Shown: in pieces, positions 53,123 to 64,000 of the stretch
Position numbering within the stretch: position 1 is the first letter of the stretch
Layout: each line of letters opens with the position of its first letter
NCBI RefSeq assembly: GCF_023055435.1
Contig: NW_025963913.1
Span: 5,580,001-5,644,000 of the forward strand
Length of the DNA stretch: 64,000 nt
Reading direction: 5' to 3'
Source: Haliotis rufescens
Taxonomy: Eukaryota
The notes under the pieces: model-generated
What the model was told of the DNA's origin: nothing
Seen by the model: only the letters and a program-made list of their open reading frames with translations
Database searches by the model: none
Program-made: the position numbers and the translations under genes

Positions 53123-53887
53123 GGAACTTTACTCGTGTTTAGGAATGACTGCTTGTTTTGGTATGAAATTTATACAACAGAGAGTTTTGCATGCAAATGA
53201 TTTTAGATCATTATTTCATCATAATCCTACTCTATACAGAATGAACACATGTGATTATTATATGTCTCTTGTATATTGTAGAATCTGTCTTTACAAAACA
53301 ATCTTACACAGATTTAGAAACTATATGTGTGCTATATTAACATTATTTTATTTATTTAAAGATTTCCCTCACTCATTTCAACTGCAACGCAATGATTATA
53401 TTACTGCATTAATGTGCGCCTCAAAAGTACACCTAAAAGTCGGCCAGCGCGTGTGCTCGGTCAATGGCGACGTGCTATACGGGAATGGCGGACACAATGG
53501 TTGCTAGGGACGCACAACAACAACTCCGCAACCATGGCTGCCGATCCACAAGTTTGGAGGTTGACACAACCGTGGTTGTTTATTCTCTGACACAGTTTAC
53601 TACACATCTCCATGTATGTCCCGTCCCCCGCATTCCCCCGCTCCCCGTGGCTGTGACCCGCACCAACACCGAGCCGCACCACAAGGTCGTTGTAAGGGAG
53701 GCGGGAGGTGTTGGGGCGAGGGAGGGTTGAGAGACCAAAGTCAAACGTATAAACATATACTCTTAGAGATCAACCTGGATTTCAATGGTGTCTATAACTT
53801 CTTAATCTAGGACCTACAAACAAAACAAATTAGTAACAAAAATGTAGTCAACCGTCACTATAGAACGTCTGTTTAAGTGTCGTACTG

Positions 53888-54130
53888 ATCCGTGAAGATC
53901 CGGGGTAGAATAGGTCCCCAGCAACCCATGATTGCCGTAAAAGGCGACTATGCCTGTCGTAAGAGGCGACTTGGTTGATGCATGTCATCGTATCCCAATT
54001 GCGTGGATCGATGCTCATGATATCAATCACTGGGTTGTCTGGTCCAGACTCGATTCTTTACAGACCGCCGTCATATAGTTGGAATATTGCTGAGTGCGGC
54101 GTTAAACAACAACAAAAAACAAAACAAAAA
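53888..54130 (+). mobile_element. SINE family B copy
   Basis: Homology to other family B copies. Confidence 0.82.
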
Positions 54131-54409
54131 ATAAACGTCGTTCTTATATGCACGACGCACAGTGTATACCGAGGGCCTCGTGTGCCCCGCCGAAATATTG
54201 CTGGAATATTTCTTAAAGCGGACTAAAACAATACTCACTTATTCATACTATCTACTGTGTTACCTAAAAATTAGGAATAATCTCCAAGTCTAACAAAACA
54301 CAAGGGACAACATTATCAGATAAAAATAAACTGTCTTTCATTTTAATTTGAACAATGCACGCAGTTTGCAATGTATTTAATGTAGTGAATCATAAACATT
54401 ATTTGTTTC

Positions 54410-54663
54410 GGGGGCACGGTTGGCCCAGTCGTCTAAGGCGCCGCGATTCTGGTTTCGCAAGAAACCGATCATTGTGGGTTCGAATCCCGGTTCGCCCCGA
54501 TTAGGTTTCTAGGTTTGTCAGCACCATACCCGTGCTCGTGGGTTTCACCGAAGCGGTCTGAGACCTGTATCACTTCGGGCTTTCCTCCCACATTAAGCTG
54601 ACACGCCGTGATATAACTTGAATAATGTTAAAAGCGGCGCTAAACCCAACTCACTCACTCACT
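54410..54663 (+). mobile_element. tRNA(Leu)-like SINE (family D)
   Basis: Head GGCCCAGTCGTCTAAGGCGCCGCG...GGGTTCGAATCCC; (ACTC)n tail; 13-bp TSD CATTATTTGTTTC. Confidence 0.86.
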
Positions 54664-55008
54664 CATTATTTGTTTCATTACGAAGGAATCACATATTGAC
54701 ACATGATATATTTCGACAAGCACAGACATAATTTTGGACGCTTTACGCATTAGGACCTGACCCTCATATGTGAGGTATCCCAGCCACCAGTGCGTTTGCC
54801 AAGTGAACGACTGAAATAATGTTCCACACCACAGTTAGCACCATATATAAACCCGATCACTGCGCAACCAACCGTTCAGTCCACTACATGAGGGATACAC
54901 ATGTTCTGTTTTCCCTGTTGTTCGCATAAACTGAATATGATAACGAGGATGGATCGGACTTGACTGCCTTCCAAACATTGGCTTCACTGCATTGAGAGAA
55001 ACTAAATG

Positions 55009-55311
55009 TACGGAAGCCTTTTAGGGCCATCTGCTTTTAAATTGTTTTTGTTTGCCTTGAAATTTCAAGTTACTAATTTGAAAATTCAAGATAGATAATT
55101 TGAAATTTCAAGATAAGAAACTACCTCGGAATACATGTATCTAGTACTGGTGGACAAGTATAGTAATGGTTTCAAAATTTCAACTTATTATCTGAAAAAT
55201 TCAAGATCATTATCTTGAAATTTGAACTAACGTATCTTGAAATTTGAACTTGGTATCTTGATATTGTAAGAAAAAAGATAGAAAAGCAAATGGCTCTAAA
55301 AGGCTTCCGTA
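55009..55311. mobile_element. Foldback MITE with 29-bp TIRs, TA-flanked
   Basis: TACGGAAGCCTTTTAGGGCCATCTGCTTT versus the reverse complement of 55283-55311, 27/29 identical; internal TTGAAATTTCAAG-like repeats. Confidence 0.8.
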
Positions 55312-56008
55312 GAAATGTGTCAATCCACAACATAATGCCAAGCAGATATTTTGGTCCCTTCGCATTAACAGATCTTTGTAAGGAGATCACATATACATAT
55401 GGTACTCTGTGAATTTCCCACATGCGAGAATTTCAGTCCTTATTTATTGACGTTTCTATGAACGATGAGTGTTGTCAGCGGGTCATGGGTAGTCAGGTAT
55501 TTATGGAACGGCAATGAGAAGTCTTCGATTAAAAGTGTCCGGCAATAGTTATCAGTAGTAAGAATTGATCACCTACGCCATTAAGTATTGGTGAGTATAG
55601 AGTAGTGAGTGATGTTGTTCAACGCCGCTCTGATGTGGGGGGAAACCCGCAGTATTGTTGGTCGAATTATAAGATGGTTAGCGCATCGGGAAAACGAACG
55701 AACACGACTGTAAAATTCGAACCTATGGTCATAGGTTCCTGGCACCCCCAAGGGACGCAACTATGTACACCGAATTGTTTCGCCTTCGACTACTGGGCCA
55801 TCCTGATACAAGAATAAAAAATACCGCTGTGGCTTTATTTGAGAAGATTCATTCAATGAGAACCTGACACCATGTCTGCCATGTGCTTCTGTCTGCAGTA
55901 GGGGACACCCGTGGTTGTTATTTACGGGGACAGAAACTACTGTTATATTGTATATTACACTATGTATATATATTGTAAGTACTCATAGTTCAATGAAGTG
56001 AACCGCTT

Positions 56009-56147
56009 NNNNNNNNNNNNNNNNNNNNNNNNNNNNNNNNNNNNNNNNNNNNNNNNNNNNNNNNNNNNNNNNNNNNNNNNNNNNNNNNNNNNNNNNNNNN
56101 NNNNNNNNNNNNNNNNNNNNNNNNNNNNNNNNNNNNNNNNNNNNNNN
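56009..56147. other. Assembly gap (139 N)
   Basis: Run of N. Confidence 0.99.
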
Positions 56148-56229
56148 TAATGACTGTTAAAATTGTTTTTGTAAATGTTGTTGGTGCTGTTTGATTTTAT
56201 AATGACCGTAGCTGTTGAGTTTGTAACAG

Positions 56230-56990
56230 GTCGTTGCTGTTGCTGTTGTAGTGACTGGTTCTTTTGATGATATAGGGGTTGTTGCTGTTGTACTGACTGT
56301 AGCTGTTGTACTGACTGTAGCTGTTGTATTAACTGTAGCTGTTGTACTGACTGTAGCTGTTGTAATGACTGTTGCTGTTGTAATGACTGTTGCTGTTGTA
56401 ATGACTGTAGCTGTTGTAATGACTGTTGCTGTTGTAATGACTGTTGCTGTTGTAATGACTGTAGTCATTGTAATGACTGTTGCTGTTGTAATGACTGTAG
56501 CTGTTGTATTCACTTTTGCTGTTGTATCGATTGTTGTTGTTGTATTGACTGTTGTTGTTGTAATGATTGTTGTTGTTTTATTGACTGTTGCTGTTGTAAT
56601 GACTGTAGCTGTTGTCATGACTGTTGTTGTATTACTGTAGCTGTTGTAATGACTGTTGTTGTATTACTGTAGCTGTTGTAATGACTGTTGTTGTATTGAC
56701 TGTTGCTGTTGTAATGACTGTTGTTGTATTGACTGTAGCTGTTGTAATGACTGTTGTTGTATTGACTGTTGCTTTTGTAATGTCTGTTGTTGTATTGACT
56801 GTTGCTGTTGTAATGTCTGTTGTTGTATTGACTGTTGCTGTTGTAATGACTGTTGTTGTATTGACTGTAGCTGTTGTAATGACTGTTGTTGTATTACTGT
56901 AGTGGTGTAATGACTATTGCTGTTGTAATGACTGTTTCGGCTGACTGTTGTTGATTTTATACCGGCTGTTGTTATAATGGCTGTTGCTCT
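56230..56990. repeat. Low-complexity 18-bp-based GTT/GCT repeat (Thr-rich on the minus strand)
   Basis: Unit GACTGTTGCTGTTGTAAT and derivatives. Confidence 0.88.
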
Positions 56991-57000
56991 TGTATTGACA

Positions 57001-58292
57001 TGGTGGTGATGTTGTTATGGCAGTTGCCAGGACAGTCACAACTGGGGAACTGGTTGGTTGTGTGTCTCCTCTGGGTGACGTGGCGGTGATGTTGTTATGA
57101 CGGTTGCCTGGACAGTCACAACTGGGGAACTGGTTGGTTGTGTGTCTCCTCTGGGTGACGTGGCGGTGATGTTGTTATGACGGTTACCAGGACAGTCACA
57201 ACTGGGGAACTGGTTGGTTGTGTGTCTCCTCTGGGTGACGTGGCGGTGATGTTGTTATGACGGTTACCAGGACAGTCACAACTGGGGAACTGGTTGGTCG
57301 TGTGCCTCCTCTGGGTGACGTGGCGGTGATGTTGTTATGATGGTTACCAGGACAGTCACAACTGGGGAACTGGTTGGTTGTGTGTCTCCTCTGGGTGACG
57401 TGGCGGTGATGTTGTTATGACGGTTACCAGGACAGTCACAACTGGGGAACTGGTTGGTTGTGTGTCTCCTCTGGGTGACGTGGCGGTGATGTTGTTATGA
57501 CGGTTACCAGGACAGTCACAACTGGGGAACTGGTTGGTCGTGTGCCTCCTCTGGGTGACGTGGCGGTGATGTTGTTATGACGGTTACCAGGACAGTCACA
57601 ACTGGGTGAACTGGTTGGTTGTGTGTCTCCTCTGGGTGACGTTGCGGTGATGATGTTATGACGGTTGCCTGGACAGTCACAACTGGGGAACTGGTTGGTT
57701 GTGTGTCTCCTCTGGGTGACGTGGCGGTGATGTTGTTATGACGGTTACCAGGACAGTCACAACTGGGGAACTGGTAGGTTGTGTGTCTCCTCTGGGTGTC
57801 GTGGCGGTGATTTTGTTATGACGGTTACCAGGACAGTCACAACTGGGGAACTGGTTGGTTGTGTGTCTCCTCTGGGTGACGTGGCGGTGATGTTGTTATG
57901 ACGGTTACCAGGACAGTCACAACTGGGGAACTGGTTGGTTGTGTGTCTCCTCTGGGTGACGTGGCGGTGATGTTGTAATGACGGTTACCAGGACAGTCAC
58001 AACTGGGGAACTGGTTGGTTGTGTGTCTCCTCTGGGTGACGTGGCGGTGATGTTGTTATGACGGTTGCCTGGACAGTCACAACTGGGGAACTGGTTGGTC
58101 GTGTGCCTCCTCTGGGTGACGTGGCGGTGATGTTGTTATGACGGTTACCAGGACAGTCACAACTGGGGAACTGGTTGGTTGTGTGTCTCCTCTGGGTGAC
58201 GTGGCGGTGATGTTGTTATGACGGTTACCAGGACAGTCACAACTGGGGAACTGGTTGCTTCTGTGTCGTCTCTGAGTGACGTGGCGGTGATG
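57001..58292. repeat. 80-bp minisatellite (about 16 copies)
   Basis: Unit GGACAGTCACAACTGGGGAACTGGTTGGTTGTGTGTCTCCTCTGGGTGACGTGGCGGTGATGTTGTTATGACGGTTACCA. Confidence 0.96.
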
Positions 58293-58994
58293 ATACTTTC
58301 AACCACATGGTTGCAGTTAGCGACTGCTGTGACAAAGTTCAGAATTCACTGCCAGAGTGGGACAGCCGGCGACCTGATCATAACGTATTGATCTCATCAC
58401 CGCGATGTCGAGTCGAGTCAATCTGATGTCTATTACTGCGATATCATCTATATGGGTCGGGTACCATGGAAGTCAATTAAAGCCTCTCTTAAGCTTTGAT
58501 CTGGTTTGGTTTTCCACACGAGGCACAAACAGCACATATCCGGGCGTTGACGACAATTACTGCCAGTACTATATTGCTTTCTCGATTAAATAAGCACATC
58601 TCAAGGATCTAGTACAAATAAACACCTACGTAATAGAGTTATTCGCCATTTCATATAGGATTTAGATAGAAAAACTAATCACACTGAGTATGTGACCAGT
58701 CATCTGATGGCAATAAAGAATCAGGGACTACAGTTACTAGAGTTACTACAAGTTGAATACACAAGGTTAAATTAGCATATACAGAGCTGAAGTAGCATAT
58801 GTAAAAGTTATAGCACGAGTTTAATCGTTGAAATGGTCAGACAAACCAGACATGATATGGAAAAAAGAAGTTCTGTCATTGTCAGTGGTGTTTAACTGAC
58901 AATTCAGTTAATCAATACACGGAGAATGGAGACATGCTTTAAACAATGTTATAGTAGCGCGTACAGTGTTGAAACTTTATTGACAAATGTAGAT

Positions 58995-59231
58995 TTGTTT
59001 GTTTATTTGTTGTTTAACGCCTCGCTCAGCAATTGTCCAGCTATATGACGGCGGTCTGTAAACTATCGTGTCTGGACCAGACAATCCAGTAATTGAATTC
59101 ATGAGCATCGATTTACGCAATTGGGATACGATGACATGCACCAACCATGTCAGCGCGCCTGACCACCCGATCCCGTTAGTCGCCTCCTTTTAGTTGCTGA
59201 AGACCAATTCTCACCCGGGTCTTCACGGGTC
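58995..59231 (-). mobile_element. SINE family B copy
   Basis: Homology to other family B copies. Confidence 0.82.
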
Positions 59232-59774
59232 GAACGTAACTTCAAATGTAGAGTGTTTCAAAATGAAATGGATGGCAGCCACCTTGACTTCAGGATTTCA
59301 AATCATTACATGTGGTGGTGTCTTTAAGAAACAAGATAGTGCCTTGTTTCGTGTACAACGCCACAAATATGCTTGTGTTGATTGATCATATTCGTTCCTT
59401 GTGTATTTTGACGTTTTACAAGAGTGCACGTTACGGGGAGTCTTATTTCAATTTGTATCACACCAGTTATCCTGGCATATCTCATTGGAAACTGACACCT
59501 ATATGGCCTTGGGTCACTGTAATATCAAGTGTACGTAGTGCATTGTACATGTATATTTCAGTAACTAATAGTACCTATAGCGACCTGCGTATATACTTAG
59601 TTTGCTTTGCATATACTTAAAACTTACCATGATGTTGTCATATAGTTTTTACACCCATACATTATACTGGCATCTCAGTTGATTTTAAACGTTTCTTTTT
59701 TGTATTTATTTATCAAATTTTACTTAGACATTTGCAGGACAAACACATCCATCGAGTAACAGGTGAGACCCGTA

Positions 59775-60200
59775 ACAGGTTTTTCTACGACAGGGAGATC
59801 GCGCAATAGGCCTTTCTTCCACAGAGAGATCGCGTAAGAGGTCTTTCTACGACAGAGAGATCGCGTAAGAGGTCTTTCTACCACAGAGAGATCGCGTAAG
59901 AGGTCTTTCTACGATATAGTTATCCGTGACAGGTCTTTTTACGACAGTGAGATCGTGTAAGAGGTCTTTCTATGACAGGGGTGTGTGTGTGTGGGGTGGG
60001 TGGGGGGTGGGGTTTGGGGTGGGGGTGGGGGTGGGGGTGGGGGTGGGGGTGGGGTGGGGTGGGGTTTGTGTGTGTGTGTGTGTGTGGGGGGGGGCTATCG
60101 AGCCTTTCTACGACAGATAATGCGCGTGACAGGTATTTCTACAACACAAATATCGCATCACAGGTCTTTTAATGACATAAAGAACGAGTAACTTTCTACG
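59775..60200. repeat. 31-bp degenerate minisatellite interrupted by a (GGGGGT)n/(GT)n block
   Basis: Unit TTTCTACGACAGAGAGATCGCGTAAGAGGTC; G-rich block at 59978-60094. Confidence 0.85.
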
Positions 60201-60572
60201 ATAGAACTTCCACGACAGAAATACCTCGATTTCTCGAAAGACTCGATAAGAACACATCCAAGACAAAAATATAGCAAATTTCTCACAACGTATTTCTGGA
60301 TGTTCGTGAATTAAAGCGCCGGCTCTTTGTTGTCTGGCAGACACATTTCCGAGACGATGTTAAATTCTAACTCATTGAGGGGCCGACATTTACTCGCGGT
60401 TGTCATGGAAAGCAAGGATAGGATAATTACATCATTTCATGGGTAGTAGGTTTGTAAAATGTCATGGCGTTGTGGAAAGACCTCGGGGTCGTTGCGTTGA
60501 GAGAATAATTTCGACCTCCGCTTATTCTCAACTCTTCAACCAACCAACCAACCTCTGCCCTTTTGCAGCCAT

Positions 60573-60577
<5 letters not shown>

Positions 60578-60650
<73 letters not shown>
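60578..60650. repeat. Compound (CT)n(GAT)n microsatellite
   Basis: Seen directly. Confidence 0.95.
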
Positions 60651-61320
60651 CTTACTTGCACTGAAAATGGTTTTAACCAGATGTAACTACAAAAAGTTGG
60701 AAAGTTGGTTCAGCCCCTCTTGAGTCGATTGTGTTGAGTTGATGACCTCATGTCGTAGATACCATATGTCCCTCAATGTAAAAATTAAATATGATATGTT
60801 CTAAAGGATTGAACAGCATGAAAAATGTGTATCGTGCCTGAAAATATGCTCAGGCCAAAGTCACCTCGGGATCTGGATTGCTCCAACAACTACAACTCCT
60901 TATAATGTACCTTAACGCAAATATATACCTGATCTTGTCCCTTTGCTTATCAGAGACCGGAGTAGGGAATGTTTACCAAATCACTTAAAACTCTCAATCA
61001 ACTCCCACTGGGGGGTAACCATAGCAGAGAGTTTTGAATAACCATCAAGCTAACAAGTGAATTCAGGGACATTGAAATTTGAGACAGGTCACGTGACCTG
61101 TCGTCTGCTGTAACGTCCATCCAAAGGGGTGTGGTGTGCTCCATTTTCGAGCTATTCGTAAACTTGGACACGTTGCTGCTTAGCAATCGGGGATAACAAT
61201 TTTTGTTGGGGACATTTAAGGGCCAGTGTCAAGGCAAACGGCCTTAGTTTCAGCTTGACAGTCTCCGTGCAACAACTCGGTGTCAAGGGTTAATTTACTT
61301 GATAATCACCAAATCTCAAA

Positions 61321-61377
61321 ATGGCAGAACTTGACATGATGAACAGGGATCCCAACAGTCTCAATGACCACTTGAAG
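61321..61377 (+). CDS. Caveolin family protein, first coding exon; remainder probably beyond window
   Basis: MAELDMMNRDPNSLNDHLK|gtacgt matches the caveolin D-x-x-NRDP-x-x-LND motif, with the phase-0 intron just before the expected FEDVIAEP signature. Missed by the ORF track; I found no FED..EP exon in the window. Confidence 0.85.
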
Positions 61378-62744
61378 GTACGTATTTAATAATAACAATG
61401 ATTTGAAAACATGCATCAAAGTGCAAATTAAGTTTTGAACGTACATGTACTGCTTATATTCCCCTAATTACTCGCTGTATACAAAAATGGGAAATAAAAA
61501 TGTTAAAGAAACTAAAAAAGAAACTAGATTTTCCATACGAAAAACGGATAGGATAAAATTGCTGGTTTGCTCAATATATTGTTTATTTGGATGGATTTTT
61601 TATTCGTCTTAAAAAGATATTTTTATTTAAAAGTGCAATATATGAAGGTTTCTCCGTCATGTATTGTAAAAGACTGTATCATTTTAATGACACACATATA
61701 CTGCTCAACGATATATATGATGTCCACAAAAGTCAGACTTTTAATCAATAATATGTTCAATTCTCTTATCAGCCAGCATCGTGTCACGGGGGCATGTCAA
61801 TCATTACATCTCGGTAACTAAACGTGATGGTTTAATGTGACTCTGTGGGTTTGCCTATATCAAATTTCCCTCCACGCCACACTTTGACATAAATCATCAA
61901 CGCTATAGATACGTGATCGATCGTGCCAAGTGTCGAGTGAATGGTTCTGGGTGAATGCAGACGCACCCAGGCATACGAATCAATGAAACCTTATTGAAAG
62001 TAGCAGTACAAGAACTGGGTTACGGGTTGTGTTCTAGGATCGTGTATAATGTGTAGGTATTTCAGTAACGTATGGCCACGCATATTTGTATGCTGAAAGC
62101 TACCGAAAAATATGGATCAACAGTCAAAGAAATACAACAAGTTACTGGAGAGATTATGGAACTATTTATCAGGTTTCGGAGCAACATTAACAATTCCCGA
62201 TTCTGGCATATCGTAATTAGTTGCTTACACTTGAGCACGTCTCTCAAATGACATAGTATGTACTGTTTTCTGTAAAATTGTTTTACCTTCAATTTACTCA
62301 TATCTGTTACTGAAGACTTACAATAGATTTTCGATATATCATGCCATATATATATATATATTTTTCTAATATATTCAAAGTTTGGATCGTTTGTATATCG
62401 TTGTTACGTTGCTAGGGCCCTGTTGCCAATGACAACACAGTGATCGGCACGTAGGGACCGCAGGGGAATAGTGAAATGTATGTGTTATGATGGGTTTGTC
62501 AATAAAAGCTTTTGTCCCCCACTGGGGAAGTGCCCGGTCTTGTGTCTATGTAGACGAACTATGTGTGTAATCATAACTATAGTACGTCGCCCCTATGGGG
62601 AAAAGTCCTCCGACTTATAAGTGTTTCTTATGAAAAGACCTGGACAATATCTGGTGTTAATATGAACCCCAAATCACGTATTGGAGACCTATCTATATGC
62701 ACGTATTTATGTGTTAGCTGTCCGCATAGTAATGTGTTAACTGT

Positions 62745-63040
62745 ACACGCATTTACGTGTTAACTGTGCACATATTTATGTGTTAACTGTGCACATATTT
62801 ATGTGTTAACTGTGCACGTATGTATGTGTTAACTGTGCACATATTTATGTGTTAACTGTGCACGTATTTATGTGTTAACTGTGCACGTATTTATGTGTTA
62901 ACTGTGCACGTATTTATGTGTTAACTGTACATGCATTTACGTGTTAACTGTGAACGTATGTATGTGTTAACTGTGCACATATTTATGTGTTAACTGTGCA
63001 CGTATTTATGTGTTAACTGTGCACATATTTATGTGTTTAC
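62745..63040. repeat. 23-bp minisatellite in caveolin intron 1
   Basis: Unit TGTGTTAACTGTGCACATATTTA, about 12 copies. Confidence 0.93.
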
Positions 63041-64000
63041 ATACAATCTACGCATTTGCGATTTGCGAGAATAAAAACTGCTTTTGATATATAGAAGCAA
63101 TAGTAAAGCATTTTGAACCGAGAAGCCAGTGGAATACTTCATGCTGCTGAATTGTCTTCCTTCGTGTCTCCCTCTCTGGCCGATGTTGAACTGTTCGACC
63201 ATGATAAGCTTGACCCAAGGTAAATGGAGTTGTTGATTGTCAGATATCTTCACTTACTGGGTTGATCAACTTGGTAATAAGCAGGAATGAGCAAGAGAGT
63301 GTGTTCTCACACTCTTCAAATAATATTGCTAAAAATGGCTGCACACAGTGTACCATGTTGGGAATCGAACCTGTGTCTTCAGTTTGACGAGTGAATGCTC
63401 TGCTGCCACAAGGGTAAAAAGACAATTTACCATATCATGCAGCACAGCGTTCAGTTGTCCAAACTGCGTATTATGATTCCGAACTGTGCTTGTGATGCCC
63501 TCGGCTTTGCCGCCTGCGTTAAGACGGCATGTCGTGATAGACGTGAAATGTTCAAAACGGTGTAACCTCCCTCATGCACCCAACCACACACTCTAGCCCA
63601 TGCTGTTGGTAGTCCCCACTTAGGAAGGCAGTCATAGCGTACAAAAACGACATTTACACATAACTTGCAACACAAAAATGACACAGTTTATTAGTTCATC
63701 TTTAATCTGGCGTCAGAATTTCCTTAGGGTATTACGTTTAAATTTTGCTAGAACTACAAAACAGATCTTGGTAAGAAGGATGGACTGATTATTTTATTAT
63801 ATCCTTGCCGTTTTCTTGTCTTTTATGAACCATGCTTCTGCATTGTCCACGATGTCATTATGTTGTACTTCCCAAATCGAAAAAAAACCCTAGAATTCAT
63901 CCCATTATACTTAGGCGTAATACAAATTGTTGTCCACAACCACATCTATCTTATTTCGTGACGTTGATATCTAGAGCTCACACACAACCTATTTCCCTTG

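Noticed and set aside
56624-56910. Cys-rich metallothionein-like ORF
   Set aside because: Frame artefact of the TGT/TGC low-complexity repeat; lacks the Lys/Gly spacing of metallothioneins.
59926-60191. Poly-Gly and GW-repeat ORFs
   Set aside because: Translations of the G-rich simple repeat.

Overview
Eukaryotic, intron-rich animal genomic DNA (AT-rich; a mollusc such as a gastropod is my inference from gene and SINE style). There is one assembly gap at 56009-56147. By hand-splicing at GT-AG boundaries with consistent phases I recover five genes. (1) TBK1/IKK-epsilon-like kinase on the minus strand, 9 coding exons from 14062 down to 156, running off the left edge. (2) EMC3, minus, 7 exons, 24335-20090, 256 aa. 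(3) UXT, plus, 5 exons, 24675-30215, 152 aa, head-to-head with EMC3. (4) FAM185A, minus, 7 exons, 41698-35040, 423 aa. (5) The first coding exon of a caveolin, plus, 61321-61377. Introns and intergenic DNA hold four SINE families, hAT-type elements with 8-bp TSDs, foldback MITEs, a RecQ-helicase-bearing transposon relic and many minisatellites; all long repetitive ORFs in the track come from these satellites. The most unusual pattern is that several minisatellites are amplified copies of a gene's own functional boundary: a TBK1 exon end plus 5' splice site, the FAM185A stop codon and the UXT stop codon. In addition, a 2.4-kb nearly AG-free satellite fills a TBK1 intron. I see no CRISPR, rRNA or bona fide tRNA genes. 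I cannot claim a new biological system, and the findings are hypotheses.
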